Assembly: GCA_013115145.1 (NCBI GenBank)
Contig: JAAPAO010000007.1
Span: forward strand, 1-64,000
Direction of reading: 5' to 3'
Length of the DNA: 64,000 nt
Source of the DNA: Perkinsus chesapeaki ATCC PRA-425
Lineage: Eukaryota > Protista > Perkinsozoa
Below the pieces are notes generated by a model, which was given only the letters and a program-made list of their open reading frames with translations, made no database searches and was not told the origin of the DNA. Shown here piece after piece: positions 10,386 to 19,624 of the stretch. How positions within the stretch are numbered: the first letter of the stretch is position 1; every line of letters begins with the position of its first letter. The position numbers were made by a program, and so were the translations under genes.

Positions 10386-12806
10386 GTGATGGTGGCAGGA
10401 GCGACCATACTCGCAGCGCTGCAAGGACCACGCGACCCAGGAAGCTCTTCATCTGATCTACCGGTCTCGCCGTCCAACCACCTCGGAGATGAGGGAAAGC
10501 GTCGAGCTAGTAAGGCATTGGCTGAGATAGACACGGTCGTGATGAAGAATTTGGCGTATGATGTTACTAAGACAGAGGTAGACAGTCGGTTTGTGTCGGC
10601 CTCGTCCAGTATAATGATTGATCAGATTATTGATACGTTATTGAGGGAGCGCTTGCCATTGCCTCCTATCAGTGTCGAGTTCCATCTCGATGCCCGAGGG
10701 GCTTTCCGTGGCACGGTATTCGTCAAGTAGGGCGGCATCTCAGGAGTTCTCCCGTAAGAGAGGCCTTCTGTAAGGTTCCCGACACAGCAGAGTGCAGCTG
10801 CTTGTGTGGAAGCGTTCCAACCACCTAATAACTTCTGTCGTATAGGCGGGCGAAAGGTGCAAGCATAGAGCATATCTTAACTCAATGCGACTGACGTGGT
10901 TCAACCTAAGATACGCGTGGAGTTGCAACGTAAAGGTCGCCGTGAACGTGCATGTTCAGCGAGAGATGTGATGGAAGCCTCACTGAGCATGGAGAAGCAG
11001 GATGTGGTGAAGAGGCTGGTTGAAGGCTTTCTGGCTGATAATTCACAGAGGTGAGCCAACCGCCTTCTACCGCTAGCTTGCACAAGACAGCGTGTCCGAG
11101 TGGTTAAGGAGGTGGACTAGAAATCCACTGGGCTCTGCCCGCGCAGGTTCGAATCCTGCCGCTGTCGTATTCCAAAACTTTTGCAACAGTTATCCTCCCC
11201 TCACATTGTTTTTACGTAACAATTCTCTTTTCTTGTAGAGAAGCCTTTCTCCCATCCGACCTGGATGCAGCCCAAAGGAAGTATGCCCATGCCATAGCCG
11301 AGAAGGCCGGTCTAGTCCATACCACTCAACCATCACCCGACTCCAACTCAACCTTCGACGACGGGCTTAACAGCTTCGTGGGTAGGTCCTCATGGCAATC
11401 CTCGTAAGATCGAAATCGGTCGATGCTCTGTAGATTCCTCGGCAAGATCTCCGAAGCGCGCCGTTTTCCTGTCGAAGGTGGTGCCAAGTGGGCGGCGGCG
11501 CCTGATACATAATGCAACTATTCAGTTTCGAGTGTCATCGGGTCGGTCAAGTAGCAAGAATAACAAGAGTAATAGAAAGAGCAGCGAGATTTCCTTCTCG
11601 ATGGACTTTGACAATGAAGACTTCTCCCCTAACAGTTTTAAGTCAGCGTGAGCCCCGCCCTCCTCATAGCTCTGTGCATGCGTGCCGTCGGTTCTCAGTT
11701 ACTCTGGCTCCGGCAGTCTAGTTGGGCAGCAATCGTCTTATGCATTCGGTCATGCAAGCACCACCAGCAGCAGTGTAAGTTGTCGGCTGCTATGAAACTG
11801 TCACTCCCTCCTCACAGGCATTATTCCATTCGGCCTCCTCGAATCAAGGCGACGGTCTTCTCCCCTTGCCATTAACTCCTCCCATCAACTCCAATGCTGG
11901 GGGAGCTATTCTTGGCACACCTCCGCAGCATACAACAGGGCTCACTGATATGAGTACGGTCGACAGCTACTTTCTTCATACAGCGGAAGATGGTCTCCTC
12001 GATAGGCCTGAGTGATTCGAGGACTCTTAAGTTCACGGGGTCGCCTATAAGAGCCTCGCCGAAGGCTCGGCCACTGCCAACCCCTACTGGTAAGCCTTCC
12101 TGCAATATGCAGTGCAGCCCGGGAGATCGATGAGCGATACATGTCTCTGTTAGCTCCACAGAGGCCACCACCGTCCGTGGAGGCGCCACCGCCGGGCTTT
12201 GAGCATATCTATTCCTCGGGAAGAGGCCTGCCTTTGCCTGGCGGTAGGAAATTGAGAGCCAGGCATTCTTTATAATGGTGCAGGTCATCACGGTTGTGGC
12301 AGCGATATCGATGAAAGCGTGTTGGCTGCTCACATTGCTAATATTAACAAGAACTTGGTCGGTGGTGGTGGTGGTGGTGTTACGATGGGCCGGCAGCAAT
12401 TCAGTAGACCTGATAACAGTAAAGGCTTCAAGAACAACAAACGCCCTAATAAAGGCAGACGCAAGTTCAATGTAGGGTGGGTGACTGCTTGCAGACTGTA
12501 TCACCGCTATTTATGATACGAAATGAATAGTGAGTTAAATTATTAATGTTAATAAGACAGCTCGTGGACAGAAGGAGCCTGCCATAGCGGGCGCATTGGG
12601 AATCAGTATAGGAGGAATAAACTGCTGGCTTCGATTTTGTAAAGAATTTGTTTCTCTTTCTTCAGCGAGACTGTCCCGAGTTCATTCCCTCTCAACATCT
12701 ACCAGTACTCGGTATGACTGAAGCAATGAGCCCCGTCGAACCATCTGCAGAAGCTGCAACGACGGTAGCTATCAACGAGTCTATTGAGAAACTACTCGAC
12801 GCATAG
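10386..12806 (+). CDS. RRM + R3H RNA-binding protein (Pin4/Cip2-like architecture)
   Basis: RRM: TVVMKNLAYDVTKTE...LPLPPISVEFHLDARGAFRGTVFVK...GGRK..RVE. After the tRNA-containing intron comes an R3H motif, EAFLPSDLDAAQRKYAHAIAEKAGLVH. The C-terminus is low-complexity with a possible PAM2-like RDCPEFIP. The start is approximate. Confidence 0.75.
11086..11167 (+). tRNA. tRNA-Ser(AGA), intronic
   Basis: Acceptor stem GACAGCG/CGCTGTC, D-arm, anticodon arm GTGGA-CTAGAAA-TCCAC, long variable arm and T-arm GCAGG-TTCGAAT-CCTGC. It is 82 nt and lies within intron 11051-11238. Confidence 0.95.
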
Positions 12807-12867
12807 AGGCCAGGTCAGCAGCAGCAGGCCACACTAGAAACAATATATCTATCTTTGCTGCTGTGGA

Positions 12868-12901
12868 TTAGACTACGCGGGTTCGATCCCCGGTGAAGGC
12901 A
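12868..12901 (+). pseudogene. tRNA 3'-half-like fragment (T-arm plus acceptor 3' strand)
   Basis: GCGGG-TTCGATC-CCCGG-TGAAGGCA contains a B-box. No matching 5' acceptor strand or D-arm was found upstream. Confidence 0.35.
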
Positions 12902-13773
12902 TCACAGCATCTGTTCTGTTATTGTATTCCTGTTCTCTTCCCTTTATTATATGATAATAATGATATCTTATTTTTGTTGTACTATTTCGAGTGACTTGTT
13001 ATTTATTATGTGGAAGAATAAGATTGATAACACCGTGGTGTCCTGAGCACCGTAAATTCGTGTGCTCAGTTACTACCAGCGGGGGGTACTACTGTCCTTC
13101 CTTTCTTCCCAACAAGGTTCTGTAACGACGATGGTTAATTGTTGTTGTTTTCCATCTATATTCGTTTGAGCAGTCGAGCGCATTCATAACACGGGCGTAG
13201 GTGTGCCTGCTTGTAGCCTGCTGACTCACTCTGTTGTAAGGCTCATTAGTAGTAGCAGCACTGGTAGTCGGTATTGTCATTTCGGCACAGGAGTTCTGGT
13301 CGTCGTCATCATCGTAGTCGTTCTCGTCGTTGTCAGCATTACAGTAGAGTGCGCATTCTGGAATTTACTATTAGCTATTTTTTTGTTTATTTTTATACCA
13401 GAATACTGAGGGCGGCTGTGAGTATCGGGAAGCTTCTCTCCCAATGGATTCGCCGATTGTGATGGTCATTACAGTATCAGCAGCAACAACAACAATAATA
13501 ACAACAGTGTTCTAAGGGTCAAGTCCCGCCTGTATTATACTGCTTTTTTGACAGCATCATCATCATCATCATCTTAGTTTTTGATCATCTTAGTATACTG
13601 TTATTTTATTAGGAATCTTTTTATCGTGCTTATCATCATCATCATCGTCATACTAATATCTCAATGTCATTATGTGTGCTGACCAAAGGTTAACTATTGC
13701 GTTAAGTCACAAGAACAGCTCGAGGGGAAGGAGGCGGTTTCCTGGTGAGATATTTTATCATCCTCTCCATTGA

Positions 13774-15363
13774 ATGGATTCAGAAGAAGCCCTTTACCAC
13801 AGTGATGAAGTAGGCTGATTCAAGTGCCCTAGATATGGCCAGGTCCATCTCACTTTCAGGAGCTCGGCGATCACAAGTTTACGCCGGCCGATCCCAAGGC
13901 GCATTGGGTCCCCGATGAGATGGTCACAGCCTGCTTTGTGTGCCATGAGAATTTCTCAGTGATGATCTCTATTGTAGTCTCATCGGCAGTGGCAGTGATC
14001 AGGTAACACGCAGAAAGCATCATTGTCGACACTGCGGTAAGGTGGTCTGTGCTCAATGCAGCGAACATAGAGTTGTGTAAGTGGAGCTCATACCGCTCCT
14101 TCCGCAAGGCTCTTGTAATGGCTGGATATGGCCAACGTTTGCTTTCAGTGTACCGGGAGTGAAGGCGAAGGTCCGTGTATGTGACGCCTGTGAGCCTCTG
14201 TAGTGGCCAGCTGTGCCCCGTCTGATTATTCAGTGGGAGATCAGATACTCCGACTTGAGAAACTCGGCGCTGGGGGAGCAACTAGATGCTAGAGAACAGA
14301 TAAATGAGAGCTTGAAATTGGCGCTGAAGGAGAAATACGAAGAAGTTGAAGAATTCAAAACCTTCCTTTTAGCGATGACCGAAGGTGAGACGATTCCTCC
14401 AATCAAAAATGAACAGCATCAGGCGCCTCGATCTGTAGCGTGCTTTTATTCACCTGCGCCTGTTCGTGCGGCGCCCATCAGACATGCCTTCGGTGTTATC
14501 CATTTTCAGGTATGGCGCCGGTTGCTCGAGAAGGCGTGGCCTCGAGTTCGACATTCACCCCAGAGTCTGATCCTGATCGAGTCAATTTCCGCGAGCTGTA
14601 GTGGCTGCTGCCGCGAAGGTGACGATTTCCGGCATTACCGTGGTGGTCAGGATGAGCTTTGTGGACTTGAATCAGAGAGAGATGCGCAAAGGCTACGAGA
14701 AGTTGAAAAAAGACTTTGACGTTGAACACGCAGAAAGAGTCGAAAAAGAAAGGAATGCTCGGTTGTTGGCCCAGCGTCGGTGCCTGCGCAATCGACGATA
14801 GTAACGGAGGCGCTTAATTAGGTTGCTTGCGAGCCGAGAGTGAATGCCAAAAGTTGCGCAATGTTGAGAACGAGCGACAGGAGGCGAGGGATGAAGCGGA
14901 CAGGCAGAAGGCCGTTATCGAGGATCTCAAGGACCGAATCAATCGGTGCGATTGACTTGTAACATACATCTGAATCACTGCAATGCTTTTAGATTGGAGG
15001 CCGAGGCTGCAGAGGATCGGTCAGTTCGATCTTCTGATTATGGTATGCATAAGCGACAACTGCACAGACACTTCTGATCAGATGATCGAAGAGTTCCAAC
15101 GCCATGGTATTCCCCACGAATTGAAGCCTCTCGGTCTTACCTGATAGCAAGCGGAACTCGCGACAGTCCCACTGGTGAGTCACTCTTGTTTAGTCGATGT
15201 GGACTCGTTTTCAGATAATGGAGAAAGCAACGAGCGTTGTCGAAATTGCAAGCGTATGTGTTCTGTTCAATGAATGACATTTTTCTCAACTTCAGCGGTT
15301 TGGGTTGTTATTGCCTCAGCAAATGCGAGTTGGTATAATCACGAGTTATCAGAGACTCTAGTC
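13774..15363 (+). CDS. FYVE zinc-finger plus coiled-coil protein
   Basis: Spliced motifs WVPDEMVTACFVCHENF, RRKHHCRHCGKVVCAQCS and RVCDAC are followed by long heptad segments. The last exon is uncertain. Confidence 0.85.
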
Positions 15364-15383
15364 TGATTGCACAGTATCATCAT
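15316..15383 (-). ncRNA. Box C/D snoRNA B1, snR78/SNORD52-like (LSU Um2421 equivalent)
   Basis: Minus strand ATGATGA...TCAGACTAGAGTC-T-CTGA(D')...GTGATT(C')...CTGA(D). The guide is complementary to the conserved LSU sequence GACUCUAGUCUGA (recalled). Confidence 0.85.
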
Positions 15384-15401
15384 CGGCAGTCATTTGTTGG
15401 T

Positions 15402-15476
15402 TCAGAGTAAGCGAACGCAGCCTCATAGCGGCAACCCGCTAAGGAAGGGGAATCCGAAATTGTCGCCAATCATCAT
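15402..15476 (-). ncRNA. Box C/D snoRNA A1, guide to LSU AAGGGGAAUCCGA
   Basis: ATGATGA...TCGGATTCCCCTT-C-CTTA(D')-GCGG/CCGC hairpin-ATGAGG(C')...CTGA. Confidence 0.8.
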
Positions 15477-15499
15477 CACCGAGGGTTCAATAAATCGTC

Positions 15500-15575
15500 T
15501 CAGCTTTTCTCATATCTGTTCATCGCGGTTTACCCGCTCCGACAAGAGGTGTCAGAATTTTGGAGGAATCATCAT
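15500..15575 (-). ncRNA. Box C/D snoRNA C1, snR48-like (LSU Gm2791/2793 region)
   Basis: ATGATGA...TTCTGACACCTCTTG-T-CGGA(D')...GATGA(C')...CTGA. The guide is complementary to LSU CAAGAGGUGUCAGAA. Confidence 0.8.
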
Positions 15576-15585
15576 CGACAACTAC

Positions 15586-15710
15586 TACTGTGAATTGCAA
15601 GCCAGCCAATTGACACGCGACTACAGCGAAGTCTGATGCCACCCGCTGGATGAGGTGCTGTAGGACGAGTTGCTGTGACCGCAAAGCTCATAATAGATGG
15701 ATGTGGTTTC
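15586..15710 (-). ncRNA. H/ACA snoRNA D1 (possibly degenerate), snR10/SNORA21-like
   Basis: The pocket GGGTG/CAATT is conserved with D2 and the lower stem is CCAGC/GCTGG. An H-box-like ACAGCA is present. The triplet 14 nt below the pocket reads GCA rather than ACA. Confidence 0.55.
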
Positions 15711-15737
15711 ATATCATCCTATTATCATTTAATAGCC

Positions 15738-15809
15738 TCAGTGTGCGTTGAGAGAGTATCATCAGATGCTATATTCAGAGACTCTAGTCTGATAGCACAG
15801 AATCATCAT
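15738..15809 (-). ncRNA. Box C/D snoRNA B2 (paralog of B1)
   Basis: ATGATGA...TCAGACTAGAGTCT-CTGA...GATGAT...CTGA. The guide is identical to B1 while the remainder has diverged. Confidence 0.85.
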
Positions 15810-15831
15810 CGGCTAAGCAATTAAAAGGGAG

Positions 15832-15910
15832 TCAGATATATGCGAGGTTGGCCTCATAGCAGCTTTAACTGCTAAGGAAGGGGAATCCGAAATGGTCGCT
15901 AGTTCATCAT
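15832..15910 (-). ncRNA. Box C/D snoRNA A2 (paralog of A1)
   Basis: Same 13-nt guide as A1. The internal hairpin GCAG/CTGC is compensatory to A1's GCGG/CCGC. Confidence 0.8.
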
Positions 15911-15935
15911 ACTCGATAGTAGCATTACTGGTTTC

Positions 15936-16020
15936 TCAGCTGCGTCTCATTTGTGTTCAACGCAAAGACTATTTTGTCAATGCTCGGACAAGAGGTGTCA
16001 GATTTAGAGATAATCATCAT
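15936..16020 (-). ncRNA. Box C/D snoRNA C2 (paralog of C1)
   Basis: ATGATGA...TCTGACACCTCTTG-T-CCGA(D')...GTTGA(C')...CTGA. Confidence 0.8.
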
Positions 16021-16040
16021 TGTTACCAGTGGACATTGGT

Positions 16041-16160
16041 GATTGTGGTCTAGCCAATTGACACGAGATCATAAACGAAGCTCATCATGCCACCCGCTAG
16101 ACTTGGTCATTACTTTGGGATGATTTTGAACCACAGTCGTACATAGAACGAGTGCGGTCT
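16041..16160 (-). ncRNA. H/ACA snoRNA D2, snR10/SNORA21-like (LSU A-loop Psi2923 equivalent)
   Basis: Lower stem TCTAGC/GCTAGA. Pocket strands GGGTG and CAATT pair with GAUUG-[Psi]U-CACCC. ACA lies exactly 14 nt below the pocket. An upstream hairpin is followed by the H-box-like AAATCA. Confidence 0.75.
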
Positions 16161-16329
16161 TCGAAACATCCGGTACCTCAACCGTCATACCCATGAACCA
16201 CCTCCTTCTCCTCGAACACAAGTCCCTCAACTCAACACCAAAGCATGTGACCTGCGTTGCTGCTGGCAACGAACCGTGCGTTAGGAACGGACAAGGTTCA
16301 TCACTCCTCATTAGTCAAGTAAAGATAAT

Positions 16330-16775
16330 TTACTCAGCGAAGGAGAGGATGTTCTTCTCGTGCATGAGACGGTTGACGCAAGCATCAGACTCGCCCTAAA
16401 GATGAGTAAAATAAACCAACGTCAGACATAATATAACTACTACCTTGCCCCTCATATAACCGGCAATGCAGATGGGGTAGTATTCACCGGTAGCAAGGCC
16501 AGTCTTTGGGTCAACAACGGCAACGTTGAACTGGGCCGACCTGAACAGCAATAGCAATCAACAAAATAATAAATATGCAGTAAGCGAAGCCTTGGACGAT
16601 AGTAACGGAAACTATACTCCAAAGCACCCAAAGTAGACCGATAGACGCGATAACGGCAATCCAGAATCCGAAATTTTCCCTATTACTTGTGGTCGTTAGC
16701 GGCAATAATCCTGTTAGTGGCGGAGCACTTACGAGGGATGTACAAGTCGACAATCTTTCCCTGATCGTTCTGCAT
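16330..16775 (-). CDS. RPS21: 40S ribosomal protein S21 (eS21), 3 exons
   Basis: Spliced product [83 protein letters not shown]. Confidence 0.97.
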
Positions 16776-17005
16776 GGTTGGTTTCGGCAGCAAGTCCGCA
16801 CGGCAACAATAATAATCGATTACTCATAGCGCGGGCGCAAGAGGCAAATCTTCGGCGGAGCGAAGCGCGTTCTGTTTAACTTTTTTGTAGCGTCCCTTAT
16901 TGCTGTTGAGAGCCTACCCCGGGGCTGCTTCGCGCCAAGTTAACATACAGTACGAATGGACACCCCGCACCAAACAATGGGAGAGTATGGATAAATAATA
17001 AAACG

Positions 17006-17171
17006 TTAGAATTTTGCATGTATTTCATACTCAAGACGGTGGAATCTTGGGTTGAACCTCGTAAGATACGCGGTGAGGTTGAACCTGATCTACAGTAGTG
17101 ACAGTGGGTTGAAACGCGATTCGATAATGTTCGTTCAGATAGCTGCTTACGAAAAAATCTGAGAGCCCCAT
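17006..17171 (-). CDS. Putative 34-aa microprotein, 2 exons
   Basis: ATG 17171 and a canonical 61-nt intron (gtaagc...ctgtag, 17150-17090) give MGLSDFFIRFNLTAYLTRFNPRFHRLEYEIHAKF*, followed by an AT-rich 3' region. Confidence 0.45.
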
Positions 17172-17243
17172 CGCCTTGGATTCTTCCTTAATATCGGCTA
17201 TTTCAGTTTGTCGTGTTGTGGTTGTTGTTGTCGTTGTTTCAAT

Positions 17244-19112
17244 ATGACAACTGCTGCTGCTACAACCCAACCCTCGTCATCTCCAGGTGGTCCTCTGTCA
17301 CCATCCAGAGGCAGTAGCTCTACCGTATCCACCAGCGCTGTGGTAGGCCCTCCCTCGCACCAACATAGAGGGTCCCATCAGGGCCGGCGGCGACAAAATG
17401 GAAGAAATAACAATTGGCAGAACAACAATCAAGGCGGGAATCATTTAGCTGGGATGGTGATGGTGCCAGGCACTCCTAGCACTCCTGGATCGGCTGTGAG
17501 GAAGCCCTTGGATATACACGAGAGACCGTGTTATTCGCTTTTATCTACAGTTCTCCGCCAAGTCGTTAAGGCACATTTGGAATGCACCCCGACTTCCACA
17601 CCACAACAACAGCAAGCAGCGGCAGGAGCAGGGGGAGGAGCGGCAACAGCAGCAGCATCGGCTGTCGACTTCACCCAATTAGTGGATTTTTTAGTTGCCT
17701 GTTATTGTGCTGAACCGAAGACGTTACTGAATCTGAGGCCATCGTTGAAGCCGGGTAGCCTAAGTGTGCCAGAGAAGGCATTAGTTGAGGCAGAGGTTAG
17801 AGATTTATTTGCTAAATTTGTATTTACATGTATGAGAGCAGTTGATCAATGGGTACCAATATATGGTAATAGAAGACAACCAGAGATGATAGGTTTGGTT
17901 AATCATAGAGAGATGTGTTATCATTTCCTTATGAGCTTTTTCCATCAAATATCAATAACATCACCACAAGCACCTGGTATACCACCATCACCACAGCAAG
18001 TATGTTCAACATTCCTTATACAAAAGGTTGTTGTATGGATGTTATCTCACGCTACTGAAGATCTGCGTGTTTTAATAGAGCATCCAGGAGCTCGTATCGC
18101 TAGGTTTACCGATGGTCTGCAACTGATGTGTGCTGGGATTGCTGAAGACGCATGGAGAAAGTATCTTGAAGCTGGCAAAGTCCAACGAAAATGTATTGAA
18201 ATTATGGGCTATGGTTTATGCAACCCTGCTGAGGAGAGGCTCTATCAGCATCTCAGCGGTTTTTTTCACCATTATACGGTTAACCCTACAACGGGGGAGA
18301 TTGCCTGCTGCCTAAGCGACAAGGTAGCATCGTTTGTGAATAGCGAGTTCCGTGTCTATTTGGTCGATGATTTTGGTTCTCTGATGAATCTTCTTTATCA
18401 GCTCTCCAAGTTGGAGAGGATAGCCTCTAACGGCAAGCCTACTGCTATGGCGGTGGACTTTGAAGGCCTTAATTTATCGAGGGATGGTGCTATGAGTTTG
18501 GCTCAGTTATGTCTGTCATCAAACCCGAAAAGTGTCTATGTTGTTGATATTACGAGGTTAGGTTTTCATGCCTTCCATGCCACAACTCATACAGGGACAT
18601 CGCTGAAGTCCGTTATGGAGGATACCAGGATCGAGAAAGTATTTTATGACCCTCGAAATGATGTGGACGCGCTTTACTATCAGTTCAATGTGGCACCTCA
18701 AAACGTATTTGATCTTCAGTTAGCTGAGGTGGCTTTAAGACGGGCAAGAGGTCTAACTGTACGCTATGTTATTGGCCTATTCAAATGCCTTATATCGCAG
18801 CCTGAGCTCTTCACTCAACCGGCTATGATGGATTTTGCTCAAAGAATAAATGATGCTGGCAAGGCGCTGTATGAGCCGTCACATGGTGGAAGTTTTAAGG
18901 TCTTCACACAGCGCCCTCTCCACACCAGCATTATAGTCTATGCCTCCCACGATGTACGTTATCTTCTTCCCTTGAAGGAACTATTTACTAAACAATTAAA
19001 GGAGGCTGGGGATGATCTCTATGAGAGGGTATGTAAGGTTAGCACTGAGAGATCACAATGGTATAAGAATGTCGAGTATGTTAAACCGACATCAGAGGCC
19101 CCTGACATTTAG
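17244..19112 (+). CDS. DEDDy 3'-5' exonuclease (EXD1/Egalitarian-like), copy 1, intronless
   Basis: ExoI AVDFEG, ExoII FYDPRNDVDAL, FDLQLA and ExoIII YASHDV. It has a low-complexity N-terminus and an unrecognised middle domain. Confidence 0.85.
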   Translation: MTTAAATTQPSSSPGGPLSPSRGSSSTVSTSAVVGPPSHQHRGSHQGRRRQNGRNNNWQNNNQGGNHLAGMVMVPGTPSTPGSAVRKPLDIHERPCYSLLSTVLRQVVKAHLECTPTSTPQQQQAAAGAGGGAATAAASAVDFTQLVDFLVACYCAEPKTLLNLRPSLKPGSLSVPEKALVEAEVRDLFAKFVFTCMRAVDQWVPIYGNRRQPEMIGLVNHREMCYHFLMSFFHQISITSPQAPGIPPSPQQVCSTFLIQKVVVWMLSHATEDLRVLIEHPGARIARFTDGLQLMCAGIAEDAWRKYLEAGKVQRKCIEIMGYGLCNPAEERLYQHLSGFFHHYTVNPTTGEIACCLSDKVASFVNSEFRVYLVDDFGSLMNLLYQLSKLERIASNGKPTAMAVDFEGLNLSRDGAMSLAQLCLSSNPKSVYVVDITRLGFHAFHATTHTGTSLKSVMEDTRIEKVFYDPRNDVDALYYQFNVAPQNVFDLQLAEVALRRARGLTVRYVIGLFKCLISQPELFTQPAMMDFAQRINDAGKALYEPSHGGSFKVFTQRPLHTSIIVYASHDVRYLLPLKELFTKQLKEAGDDLYERVCKVSTERSQWYKNVEYVKPTSEAPDI

Positions 19113-19624
19113 GTGCTATGCATTGCAGGCATTGCCTACGTCGATTCTACTCAATGCTTGTTGCACTGGTACACGGACAAGAGTGCTGCGGGGCGTCCAA
19201 TGTATTTTCCCGTTTAACGTCATCGTCATCATTATCATCACCGTAGTCGTAGTCGTCAGCCCGCTGCTGCTGTTGTTCTTCTTCTTCTACTACTATAATT
19301 TCTTGCCACCTCTCCCGCTTATCCTTTCTATTGTATCATTGTTAAATAGGCCGATGGAAGCCTTTTTGTTGCATTTGATTATCGGAGGAGGAGGAGGTAT
19401 TCGGAGATCTTCTTCTTCTATCACTCACCTTGCCACAGCGCCGCCCCAGAGCGTTACCGAAGACTTGATGGTGATGATGATAGGAGTTGTAGATCTATAG
19501 ATATCAATATGTTAACATTTATGGCTGCCCTTGACTTATGATTATTATTATCCTACTAACCCTAGAGCTTCTTGTTGTGTAATGCTACTCTGGCCGTTGG
19601 ATCCCGATCATTTACAGTATTTAC

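Noticed and set aside
13043-13069. 8-bp inverted repeat CTGAGCAC/GTGCTCAG
   Set aside because: It is a short isolated hairpin compatible with chance, with no associated boxes.
13480-13660. CAG/CAA/CAT microsatellite runs
   Set aside because: These are ordinary intergenic low-complexity tracts, also seen near 19200-19400 and 21900.
16541-16686. snoRNA in the 146-nt first intron of RPS21 (hairpin at 16590-16625)
   Set aside because: A hairpin is present, but I found no convincing H/ACA or C/D boxes and no rRNA guide.
16511-16801. 96-aa hydrophobic ORF suggesting a membrane protein
   Set aside because: It reads through RPS21 exon 1 and its T-rich intron in another frame. The spliced RPS21 model explains the region.
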